DNA of 64,000 nt from the sequence record PV785814.1, one strand, 5' to 3'. Each line of letters begins with the position of its first letter. The first letter of the stretch is position 1. Shown here in pieces: positions 10,339 to 18,776 of the stretch. The position numbers and the translations under genes were made by a program. Below the pieces are notes generated by a model that searched no databases, was not told the origin of the DNA, and saw only the letters and a list, made by a program, of their open reading frames with translations.

Positions 10339-11055
10339 ATGAAAGTAGTATCTGTTCTAAGTGGTGGTCTTGACTCTACCATTCTTACATATTCACTAGT
10401 AGATCAATTTGGCAAAGACAATGTGTTTGCATTATCGTTCTACTACGGTCAAAAGCAGTCGATTGAGCTAGAAAAAGCGAAGTTGACTTGTCAAAAGCTC
10501 GGTATCGAGCATCGTCTAATCGACATTTCATTCTTAGGTGAAGTTGTTGCTCCTGTTTGTGCGAATATCAAAGGCACTGATGTTGCAATGCCGACTATTC
10601 AAGACGTTCTAGGCGACCCTCAGCCACCAACTGAAGTCCCATATCGTAACATGCTATTGAATACAATCGCGTTCTCGTTTGCTCAAGCGAATGGTTGTGC
10701 TGCGGTGTTTACTGGCATTCAAGTGCATGATGCATATGGCTATTGGGATTGCACACAAGACTTTCTTGATGGTATGAACCAAATCTCGTCACTGAATCGC
10801 CAACATGAAATCTCACTATGTGCACCGTTTGCTCAGATGTCAAAAGCTGAAGAAATCGCTATCGGTATAGAGCTTGGCGTGCCGTTCGAAGATAGCTTAA
10901 CTTGCTATGACCCGAACGAAGCGGGTGAAAGCTGTGGTGTATGTCCGTCATGTGCTGAACGCATCATGAACTTCGGCAAAGCGGGTATCAAAGACCCTGC
11001 ACCGTACTCGAAAGACATCCCGTGGGATCAAGTGTTTGCTAAGGCAGGTCATTAA
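10339..11055 (+). CDS. queC: 7-cyano-7-deazaguanine synthase
   Basis: SGGLDST PP-loop, YGQK, VPYRN, YWDC, C..CGVCPSC Zn motif. Confidence 0.95.
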   Translation: MKVVSVLSGGLDSTILTYSLVDQFGKDNVFALSFYYGQKQSIELEKAKLTCQKLGIEHRLIDISFLGEVVAPVCANIKGTDVAMPTIQDVLGDPQPPTEVPYRNMLLNTIAFSFAQANGCAAVFTGIQVHDAYGYWDCTQDFLDGMNQISSLNRQHEISLCAPFAQMSKAEEIAIGIELGVPFEDSLTCYDPNEAGESCGVCPSCAERIMNFGKAGIKDPAPYSKDIPWDQVFAKAGH

Positions 11056-11663
11056 TGTGTGGATTATTTGCTGCTAGAAGCAAGCAAGAGCTTATTGAAC
11101 TGTCAAAAAGCAATATCCATCGTGGTTCTCGTACTCACTCTGTGAGTACGTTTAAGAACGGTCGTGTGACAATTCATAAGTTCACGGGTGCATTCGACCC
11201 GACTAATGTGCCAGACAGTGCAGATTTCTATATCTGTCACGTTCAAGCACCAACTGGTACTAGTGCGCAAGCACACCCAGCGATTGTAACAGTCGAAGAG
11301 AACGGTCAGTTACACGACTCACACGTGTGGCATAATGGCATTCTCAAAGATCATTACATGAAAAAGCAGACTCAAACTTGGGATACTGCACACATTGCTG
11401 AAGCTATTTGCTACAACAAACTAAGCGAACTTGATGGTACGTTTGCATGTTTTCACTTCATTAACGGCAGTTTGCGTGTGTTTCGCAATGAAATCAGCCC
11501 GTTATTCATGAATGAAGACGGTACAGCATTCAGTAGCACAAGAACTATTCTAACGCCTGATCATGTTGAGCCGAATAAATTGTTTAACATCGACTTGAAG
11601 ACGTTTAGAATGTCTCTAGTAAGCGAGTTCAAGACTCGCGAAAATCCATATTTCTTTATGTAA
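11055..11663 (+). CDS. Class II (Ntn) glutamine amidotransferase, stand-alone
   Basis: N-terminal MCGLF nucleophile, HRG, WHNGIL, DGTFA, RNEISPL; coupled to queC by TAATG overlap. Confidence 0.8.
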   Translation: MCGLFAARSKQELIELSKSNIHRGSRTHSVSTFKNGRVTIHKFTGAFDPTNVPDSADFYICHVQAPTGTSAQAHPAIVTVEENGQLHDSHVWHNGILKDHYMKKQTQTWDTAHIAEAICYNKLSELDGTFACFHFINGSLRVFRNEISPLFMNEDGTAFSSTRTILTPDHVEPNKLFNIDLKTFRMSLVSEFKTRENPYFFM

Positions 11664-11672
11664 GGTAATATC

Positions 11673-11948
11673 ATGATTGAAGTGAATATTGACGACTTGC
11701 TGAAAAACGGCAAAGTCACATTTGAATTTGAAAAAGCAGACGGGTCGGTTAAGACTGTAACTGGTACTCGCAATCTCGACTTCATCCCTGCTGAGTTTCA
11801 TCCGAAAGACAAGCCTTTAACTGAAGGCGAAGCGCCAAAAGAAAAGACTGAAAAGCAGAAAGCTACTTGTGGTTATTTCGACTTAGAAGCTAACGGCTGG
11901 CGTTCATTCAAGCGTGCAAATCTACGCGAAGTAAAATCGTTTGTATAA
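11673..11948 (+). CDS. Small SH3/Sm-like protein (DUF2693-type, common in T4-like phages)
   Basis: VTFEFEKADGSVKTVTGT and FDLEANGWRSF pattern. Confidence 0.6.
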   Translation: MIEVNIDDLLKNGKVTFEFEKADGSVKTVTGTRNLDFIPAEFHPKDKPLTEGEAPKEKTEKQKATCGYFDLEANGWRSFKRANLREVKSFV

Positions 11949-12452
11949 CGATCCGTTTGCTGAACACTTGAGCGTCGGACAGTGGATTCTTCACAAGAAG
12001 ACGGGCAATGTGTATACAGTAACGAGTAAAGGCAAACTCAAGTTCGGCGGCAAATGGTACAATGCTATCACTTACACGAGCGAAATAGGCGACGTATACA
12101 CAAGAACATACGACGACTTCCGCGGGTTTGAACTAGCATAGTCCGCACTGAGAGACATGTCGCAGTGCGCTGATAAAACAGCGATCAACAAATAGGAGTG
12201 ATGGGCCCTAACTCATCATCTATCAACTTTCGTGAGATCTATATAATGGCTACAGACAAAGAACTACTAGACGACGTAAACAACTTCTGGATTGGTTGGG
12301 ATCAACGCGGTCCCGAAAGTCGTGAATACGACGTTGAACACGGTAATATGCGTAAGAAATGTCGTGAATTTGAAGAGCGTAAGAAAGCTACAGATGAGCG
12401 AGTTTCAGCATTTGAAGAAACACGAAACAAATATAAAAGGCGAGAAAAATGA
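11941..12452 (+). CDS. Two hypothetical proteins (11941-12141; 12246-12452)
   Basis: ORFs with overlaps to neighbours; ATG at 12246 preferred over track start 12198. Confidence 0.6.
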
Positions 12453-12793
12453 CACTGAAAGCATTTGCTTTAGGCGAACAAATCATCATTGACACAAAAG
12501 CAATCAAAGAAGGTGAAGAAATCACTTCAGCGGGCGGCATCGTTATCGGTCGTGCGACTCAAGGTGAAGTTCCTCTTCACGGTGTTGTGATTTCAGTCGG
12601 CGAAGACGTTGACCAAGACGTAATCAAAGTCGGTGATAAAGTTCTATTGCCTCAAGGCAGTATGAAGAACGTACCTGATCCGCGCATTATCGCAGGTGTA
12701 ATGAAGCAAGACGCACAAGATCGTGCTCTTTGGGTTCACACGCACTACAAAAACGTAGCTGCTGTATATCGTGAGGTAGAAGACAATGAATGA
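12449..12793 (+). CDS. 31: GroES-like co-chaperonin for capsid assembly (T4 gp31 homolog)
   Basis: SAGGIVIG..QGEVP..GVVISVGEDV..VGDKVLLP..NVPDP..HYK matches T4 gp31 pattern. Confidence 0.9.
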   Translation: MTLKAFALGEQIIIDTKAIKEGEEITSAGGIVIGRATQGEVPLHGVVISVGEDVDQDVIKVGDKVLLPQGSMKNVPDPRIIAGVMKQDAQDRALWVHTHYKNVAAVYREVEDNE

Positions 12794-13175
12794 TGATTTG
12801 CGAATGATTGTATTATCCGCGACTGGATACTACAGCAATGCAACGGCAGCACATACGTGTTGGGTTACTAAAGATTTTGCAGAGAAGTATGAAGACGTGA
12901 TTTACGGCTTTGATTTTTCATTCTCTGACTTAGATGGTAAGCACTCTGAGACTGAAGCTGAAGTCGGCATCTACTCAGATCAGCGTGATATGGCTCTTGC
13001 ATGGAGTGATTCACAAGGCGAGTGTTGGGGTATCACTGAAGCAATGTTTGACAGTGATGAATTCGAAAACGAAGACATTGAAGAAATGATCGCGTTGAAC
13101 GAAGACATGAACAACACGATTGAAGTCAAGACGCAAACCATCATCACAATTGGTACTGAAACTATCGTTGTATAA
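12786..13175 (+). CDS. Hypothetical strongly acidic protein
   Basis: D/E-rich with few K/R. Confidence 0.7.
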   Translation: MNDDLRMIVLSATGYYSNATAAHTCWVTKDFAEKYEDVIYGFDFSFSDLDGKHSETEAEVGIYSDQRDMALAWSDSQGECWGITEAMFDSDEFENEDIEEMIALNEDMNNTIEVKTQTIITIGTETIVV

Positions 13176-13204
13176 TTCAGCGAAAAGTGAAAGTATAGTT
13201 ACAC

Positions 13205-13230
13205 AAAAGGGAGCTAATTAGCTCCCTTTT
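13205..13230. terminator. Bidirectional terminator between convergent genes
   Basis: AAAAGGGAGCT-AATT-AGCTCCCTTTT. Confidence 0.85.
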
Positions 13231-13232
13231 TG

Positions 13233-13742
13233 CTATTCATCATCTTCCGCATAACCATATTTGTTGTTGTCAAAGTCACAACGTGGATTATGTAAGAAAC
13301 TCTTCCTATAAAGCTTTTCCAAATCACTCTTCTTAGCGTTATCTGAGTACTTAATACCTAGACTGTCCAAATGTTCCTTTTGCTCTTGCAGCTTCAAACG
13401 ACTGAAGATCTTGGTTTGGTCTTTGGGATGCTGTGGGTGATAGTCGTTGTCTGAGTAATCAGCTTCTAGGTAATCTACTAGATTGCGTAGCCATTGAATG
13501 TAATCAATGCCGCGACCTTTCAGACCAGAACGTGTGAACTTGTGAATCACAACGCCCTCATATGTATTGCAAGCCCGACAAAGAACACCGCGAATGTGAC
13601 CAGTATTGTGGTCATGGTCAGTATGTGGTGTGCTCTTCTCGTCGCTCAACTTCGTTCCGCATAGCACGCAACGGTCAAGTTGGCTCATGATTAATTCGTT
13701 ACGACATTCGGTAAGGTCAGATTGTTTTAATTGCTTGCTCAT
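13233..13742 (-). CDS. 49: Recombination endonuclease VII (Holliday junction resolvase)
   Basis: CxxC..DHDH..RGVLCxxCN plus the gp49-type KFTRSGLKGRGIDY..WL.NL..YL..DY segment. Confidence 0.9.
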   Translation of the reverse strand: MSKQLKQSDLTECRNELIMSQLDRCVLCGTKLSDEKSTPHTDHDHNTGHIRGVLCRACNTYEGVVIHKFTRSGLKGRGIDYIQWLRNLVDYLEADYSDNDYHPQHPKDQTKIFSRLKLQEQKEHLDSLGIKYSDNAKKSDLEKLYRKSFLHNPRCDFDNNKYGYAEDDE

Positions 13743-13760
13743 CTTTTTCTCAAAAAGTTA

Positions 13761-13789
13761 TTGACTGTGCTATTGTTTATATGTACAAT
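13761..13789. promoter_or_regulatory. Divergent overlapping promoters: + early, and - late-like for gene 49
   Basis: + TTGACT(13761-66)-17-TACAAT(13784-89); - strand TATAAACA (13781-13774), one mismatch from TATAAATA. Confidence 0.65.
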
Positions 13790-13819
13790 GAGAAGGCAAT
13801 TTCTAATAAGGAAATAATC

Positions 13820-14074
13820 ATGAACGCAAGACTAATAAGACAAAGACTTGAAACACTCGCGTTATGCGATTTTAGTTCAGTCGAAGTTCGTTACTTTGAA
13901 AGCGGAAGTGAACGATACAAAACACACGAATGGAAATTCGATGTGAACCCCGAATCAACCATCGTTATCATGTCAGATAATGAAGGACGTGTTGCATACA
14001 CTGATTCAGACATTGAAAAACAAATTGAGATTCTTGAAGAACTCGCACACCAAGAACGTTACATGGGAATTTAA
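13820..14074 (+). CDS. Hypothetical protein
   Basis: AAGGA RBS before ATG 13820. Confidence 0.7.
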   Translation: MNARLIRQRLETLALCDFSSVEVRYFESGSERYKTHEWKFDVNPESTIVIMSDNEGRVAYTDSDIEKQIEILEELAHQERYMGI

Positions 14075-14076
14075 AC

Positions 14077-15063
14077 ATGAGCTTTGTGAAATACACATCA
14101 TTAGAAAACAGCTACCGTCAAGCATTCGTAGACAAATGTGACATGCTTGGCGTACGTGATTGGGTAGCACTTGAAAAACTACACGGCGCAAACTTTAGCT
14201 TTATCGTTGAATTCAACGGAGAGTACACTGTAACGCCCGCTAAACGTACTTCTGCTATCGGCGCTAATGCTACGGGCGATTACGACTTCTACGGCTGTAC
14301 GAGCGTTGTAGAAGCTCACAAACCGAAAGTAGAAGCAGTCGCGAACTACTTGTGGGCACGTGGTATCGTCGGTGACGGTGAAACTGTTATCGTTTACGGT
14401 GAACTAGCAGGTAAAGGCGTTCAGAAAGAAGTTAACTACGGTGACAAAGACTTCTGGGCATACGACATCTACGTACCAGAGCGTGAAGTATTTCTTGATT
14501 GGGATGACGTGCTAGACGCATGTCGATTCGCTGAGATCAAGACGACTCATGAAATGGCACGTGGAACTCTTGTAGAGTTGCTAAAAATCGACCCACTGTT
14601 TAAGAGCTTTCACACGCCCGTAGAGCACGAAGGCGATAATGTAGCAGAAGGGTTCGTTGTTAAGCAATTGACCGCTGAGAAACGCTTACACAACGGTTCT
14701 CGTGCGATTCTGAAGGTCAAGAACGAAAAGTTCAAAGAGAAAAAGAACAAAGAAGGTAAAACCCCGCGTTCTGCCGTCGTGATGACCGAAGAGCAAGAGA
14801 AACTACACGCTGAATTTAGCTGCTACTTGACAGAAAACCGTTTACGCAACGTACTAAGTAAGCTTGAAACTGTGACACAAAAACAGTTCGGGATGGTCAG
14901 CGGTTTGTTCATCAAAGACGCCAAAGATGAGTTTGAGCGTGACGAACTCAACGAAACGGCAATTTCTCGTGATGATTGGGACGTGATCAGGCGTTCACTA
15001 ACGAATATCGCCAATGAAATTTTACGCAAGAACTGGATGGATATTCTCGACGGGAATTTCTAA
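14077..15063 (+). CDS. rnl2: RNA ligase 2
   Basis: EKLHGANFS (motif I), YGELAG, AEGFVVK, LKVKNEKFKE and an Rnl2-type C-terminal domain (YLTENRLRNVLSK). Confidence 0.93.
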   Translation: MSFVKYTSLENSYRQAFVDKCDMLGVRDWVALEKLHGANFSFIVEFNGEYTVTPAKRTSAIGANATGDYDFYGCTSVVEAHKPKVEAVANYLWARGIVGDGETVIVYGELAGKGVQKEVNYGDKDFWAYDIYVPEREVFLDWDDVLDACRFAEIKTTHEMARGTLVELLKIDPLFKSFHTPVEHEGDNVAEGFVVKQLTAEKRLHNGSRAILKVKNEKFKEKKNKEGKTPRSAVVMTEEQEKLHAEFSCYLTENRLRNVLSKLETVTQKQFGMVSGLFIKDAKDEFERDELNETAISRDDWDVIRRSLTNIANEILRKNWMDILDGNF

Positions 15064-15065
15064 TA

Positions 15066-15260
15066 TTGAAAAAGCGTGCGTGGTTCTTTGTTTTCTGTGG
15101 GATCGGTGCAATAAGCTACTTCGGTGGCTTATTCTTAGCGTCGCTATTGATCTCTGGGTCTATCGAAGTGTCATTAATGTTCATCGGACTCGTTTTTCTA
15201 GCTCTATTAAATACAATCAGAGCGGGCATCGAAGACGATGAAAACAACAAAGCCCCTTAA
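15066..15260 (+). CDS. Small two-helix membrane protein
   Basis: Two hydrophobic stretches. Confidence 0.55.
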   Translation: MKKRAWFFVFCGIGAISYFGGLFLASLLISGSIEVSLMFIGLVFLALLNTIRAGIEDDENNKAP

Positions 15261-15273
15261 TTGGGGCTTTTTT
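15249..15273 (+). terminator. Intrinsic terminator (identical copy at 43177-43201)
   Basis: AAAGCCCC-TTAATT-GGGGCTTTTTT. Confidence 0.85.
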
Positions 15274-15287
15274 ATGGGTGAAATAAA

Positions 15288-15827
15288 ATGGCACTGATTA
15301 AAAAAGAAAAAGACACCAAAGACATCACAGAAGCAGATATGCAGTACGCAATAGCAGTACAAAGCGTATGGATTAACAAGCGATACACAGCAATTGTACC
15401 AAACTGCTACACCAAATGGGATAACGAAGCAGATTTACTTGCTATTCGACCAAGTGGGCTTTATGATGAGATCGAAATCAAGGTGTCCAAAGCAGACTTT
15501 CGAATCGACGAACAGAAGTCGGTCAAAGTGATTGATGAAAGCACACCAAATCTTCGTTGGCATCGTTATGAAGACGTTCCAAAACGCACAGCATTGCAAG
15601 ATGGGAAGATGAGCAACTACTTCTGGTATGCATTCCCTAAAGGGCTTGTAGACCATGCTGAAGTCCCAGAATGGGCAGGTATCATCGAAGTTGATGGTTA
15701 TCTCAATGCCAGAGAAGTTAGAATGCCAAAGAGACTTCATGGTCGAAAGATGACAATCGAAGAGCAATTAAAACAAATCAAGAAGCTAGGTTACAGATTT
15801 TGGAATCTAGTTAAAAAGAACCGATAA
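15288..15827 (+). CDS. PD-(D/E)XK-like nuclease-fold protein (MmcB-like)
   Basis: EADLLAI..EIEIKVSKADF and YFWYAFP..VPEWAGII pattern. Confidence 0.65.
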   Translation: MALIKKEKDTKDITEADMQYAIAVQSVWINKRYTAIVPNCYTKWDNEADLLAIRPSGLYDEIEIKVSKADFRIDEQKSVKVIDESTPNLRWHRYEDVPKRTALQDGKMSNYFWYAFPKGLVDHAEVPEWAGIIEVDGYLNAREVRMPKRLHGRKMTIEEQLKQIKKLGYRFWNLVKKNR

Positions 15828-15844
15828 GACACAAGGAATTAACA

Positions 15845-16153
15845 ATGCAATCATTCAAATATTTTTTAGCAGAAGCGCAAAACGTGTATGAACTACCTGC
15901 TGGATATGAAGTATTCGGTCTGGTAAATGTAGATGGTAAAGAGGTTGAGCTTCATTCAGACGATGTGATGCGTGACGAATTGACAAGAATTGCCAACGCA
16001 CGTAACGTAGCTATCGCAACTGGTGGTGTTTCTTCAGAAGAAGCAGGTGTGTTAATCACCAAAGGCGGGAAAGAAGTTGATTACTTCCCGCACGAAGATA
16101 AAGCCAGTGGACCACGCTTGAAAAACTTCGTGAAACGTCACTTCAAGATCTAA
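15845..16153 (+). CDS. Candidate capsid-internal protein
   Basis: N-terminus MQSFKYFLAE-A resembles the T4 IP targeting peptide MKTYQEFIAE-A. Confidence 0.55.
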   Translation: MQSFKYFLAEAQNVYELPAGYEVFGLVNVDGKEVELHSDDVMRDELTRIANARNVAIATGGVSSEEAGVLITKGGKEVDYFPHEDKASGPRLKNFVKRHFKI

Positions 16154-16189
16154 TCAGAAACGGATAAGGCGGAAAAATTCCGCATCATC

Positions 16190-16243
16190 TTAGTAGAATT
16201 AGTAGTTTTAGTGAAGTTAGAGGTATTAGTAGTATTAGGGGAC
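16190..16243 (+). repeat. Six-copy 9-bp-period degenerate tandem repeat (TTAGTAGNN)
   Basis: TTAG recurs at 16190, 16199, 16208, 16217, 16226, 16235. Confidence 0.85.
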
Positions 16244-16294
16244 TGAAAATAACTTGAAAAAGTTGTTGACAGTCCCCTTTTTTGATCATAATAT
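16237..16294 (+). promoter_or_regulatory. Early promoter within an inverted repeat
   Basis: AGGGGACTG(16237-45)/CAGTCCCCT(16270-78) plus T run; TTGACA(16266-71)-17-TAATAT(16289-94). Confidence 0.7.
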
Positions 16295-16328
16295 ACAGTC
16301 CTTGAAGCAATTTATGTGAGTGAAGACT

Positions 16329-16856
16329 ATGAACTTGAGTGAACGTGAAGAAGAGCTAAAAGCATTAGCTATCGACCATGTATCTGACGATGAAGTTGCT
16401 GTCACCGTTTCATGTGCTGGTATGAGTAATTACTACACTGTTTGCCCATCTGAGTTCAAAGACTTTTTGGACAACCATGAGGGTACAGCTTATGTAGCAT
16501 TTGAATGGCACAACATCCCAAATGATTTACAAGACGAAGAACTAGACTTCGATGGTCTACTTGCTTGGTTTGACCTCGATGAATCAGAGCGTGAGCTTTG
16601 CGAATTCATCTATGATCAGAACATTTGCATGTCGTACGAAGATGCAGCCGAGAAGATTCAAGATTGTTGGGTATTCGAAGGTACGTCTGAAGACTATGCA
16701 CAGCATGTAGTCACTGAGCTAATGGGTATCAGCGTTGATGATATGCCAACTATCTTGAGCAGCAACATTAACTGGGGTGATGTATTCATCGACCTTGAAG
16801 TAGATGGTAACATCTATGAAATGTCGCGAGACAAATACTTAACGGTAAATGGTTAA
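16329..16856 (+). CDS. ArdA-like antirestriction protein
   Basis: Very acidic; C-terminal E..S.EDYA..V.E..G..D.MP..L...INW..V..DL..DG..Y pattern resembles ArdA; alternative GTG start at 16320. Confidence 0.6.
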   Translation: MNLSEREEELKALAIDHVSDDEVAVTVSCAGMSNYYTVCPSEFKDFLDNHEGTAYVAFEWHNIPNDLQDEELDFDGLLAWFDLDESERELCEFIYDQNICMSYEDAAEKIQDCWVFEGTSEDYAQHVVTELMGISVDDMPTILSSNINWGDVFIDLEVDGNIYEMSRDKYLTVNG

Positions 16857-17429
16857 ATGAGTAGCACAAAAGGTAATGTCAACAAAGACGATTACTACGC
16901 TACGCCAGACTGGATAGTTGAAGAGTTTCTTCAAGCGTTTGAAGCGCGTATTCAACCTGATAAGAGCATGGCAGCAATGTACGTGCTCGATCCATCATGT
17001 GGTGGATGTTCAGAGCATAAAGCAGCTTATCCAGTAGCATACAAGAACTTGTATCATGTCGATATAGACACAATGGACATTCGTGAAGATAGTCATGCTC
17101 ACATCATTGCAAACTATCTTGAAACGACTGTTCAGAAAGACTACTACGACATGATCATGACTAATCCGCCATTTAGCTTGTCAGTTGGTTTTGCTGAGAA
17201 AGCAATTTCAGAAGTGCAAGACAATGGTTATGTCGTCATGCTGCAACGTCTAAACTGGCTAGGTAGTATCAAACGAAAGCCTTTCTGGGACATCATGCCC
17301 CTGAGAGCAGTGATGGTTCACCATCGTAGACCATCATTTCACGGTACAAAAGGCACAGACTCTATTGAGTACGCGCACTTTGTATTTCAAAAAGGTTACA
17401 CAGGTAAAGCGGAGTTAATGGTAATATGA
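16857..17429 (+). CDS. DNA amino-methyltransferase (m6A/m4C type)
   Basis: DDYYATP, VLDPSCG (SAM motif I), TNPPFS (motif IV). Confidence 0.85.
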   Translation: MSSTKGNVNKDDYYATPDWIVEEFLQAFEARIQPDKSMAAMYVLDPSCGGCSEHKAAYPVAYKNLYHVDIDTMDIREDSHAHIIANYLETTVQKDYYDMIMTNPPFSLSVGFAEKAISEVQDNGYVVMLQRLNWLGSIKRKPFWDIMPLRAVMVHHRRPSFHGTKGTDSIEYAHFVFQKGYTGKAELMVI

Positions 17430-18769
17430 TTACTACAGTTGAAACTTACGACGGTCTATTAGACACATTCGAGCACCCACAACGCATGAAAATCGTCACT
17501 GGTGAAGTTCACTATTCGATTTTTGGTATTCAAGTGCTACGTCGCCCATGCGAACTATTGCTAGAGACTTACTTGGTTTCAACTGACTCCACTCTAGGCG
17601 ATGTGTACATGTGGCACGTGGCGAAACGTTTATGAGAAAATTATTAAGGAAACTTATGCGAGATTTCACGGTTAATATGAGTTCAAACTCAGGTACTGTT
17701 AAAGTAAATGGTCAAGTGTATCACGGCAAGAGTGTGACAATCAACAATGGTCAAGTCGTTGTCGATGGTCGACCTCAAGGCGAAGTGAAAGAACATATCG
17801 TTAATGTATACGTTGACGGTGATTGTACGCTTGTTCAGAACACGAACGGTGATATTAAAGTCAATGGCTCAGTTGCTGGCGATGCTGAAACGACCAACGG
17901 TGACATCGAAATTGATGGTTACGTGGGTGGTAATGTCAAATCGCACAATGGCGATATTCGCTGTGGCGTCGTGCATGGCAATGTTAGCAATCACAATGGG
18001 GATGTTAATCACCGATGAGCGAGACACGAATCCAAACAGTGATCAATGATGCTGTTGATAAAATCGAAGCTGGGTCAACAAGTTCGTACAGCGTGCAAGA
18101 GTTTACGCCATGTGATGTTGTGAACTACATGCAAGAACTTGGGTATGAAGCTCAAGATCTTGAAACAAACGGTTGGCAAGTTGACTTCTGGCAAGATTTC
18201 ACCAAAGAAAACTGTAAGACTATCTGCTTTGCAGGTAGTTGGTACTTCGGTAATGCAACGTTAAGTGAGGCATACAATGATTAAACAACACGATTTCTTT
18301 GGTCGTGAGATTAAAGACGGTGACTTTGTTCTTCGAGCTAAGAACGCAGGTCGTTCGTATACAATGAATGTATTGCTTGTCGTTGATTTAGACGATGGTA
18401 AGCGCAAGTACATTGAGTTGAGTTCACGTAGCAACTACGTTAGCAAAAACGCCAAGTTACCGAGTGGTGGTTCTTCGACTATCATCGAGCCAAGCGTGGT
18501 AGAGAAGTCGTTCCCTGATGCTTATCGCGCTGCATTGCAAGAAGCTGAACTTCTTCGCACGCCAATCCCTCGATAGTTCTTGACACATGTTGTCAGTCGT
18601 GTATAATTCTCTTAAAACTAAGGAGAGCAATATGATTGACAACATGATAAAAGACATGATTGAGTCTGAACTTGAGTTCAATGACATTCTTGATTGTCTG
18701 ATTAACCAGTACAATGTACCTCACGATGAAGCAGTAGACGCGATTCACGAGGTAATTAACGAAATGTGA
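17426..18769 (+). CDS. Block of small ORFs: 17426-17635; 17632-18018 (beta-solenoid repeats NGDI..G.V.G); 18015-18284; 18277-18576; about 18632-18769
   Basis: Overlapping ATGA/TAATG junctions; repeat pattern visible in the translation of 17632-18018. Confidence 0.65.
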
Positions 18770-18776
18770 GAAATAC

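Noticed and set aside
6250-12245. preQ1 riboswitch near the que cluster
   Set aside because: No match to the class I pattern (short stem, conserved loop, A-rich tail) in the intergenic segments
13233-13742. Free-standing homing endonuclease, given its inverted orientation
   Set aside because: Similarity to T4 gp49 extends through the C-terminal dimerisation region; no intron or homing context
16160-16246. Short hydrophobic peptide encoded by the 9-bp repeat (LVELVVLVKLEVLVVLGD)
   Set aside because: No start codon or RBS in frame after the upstream stop
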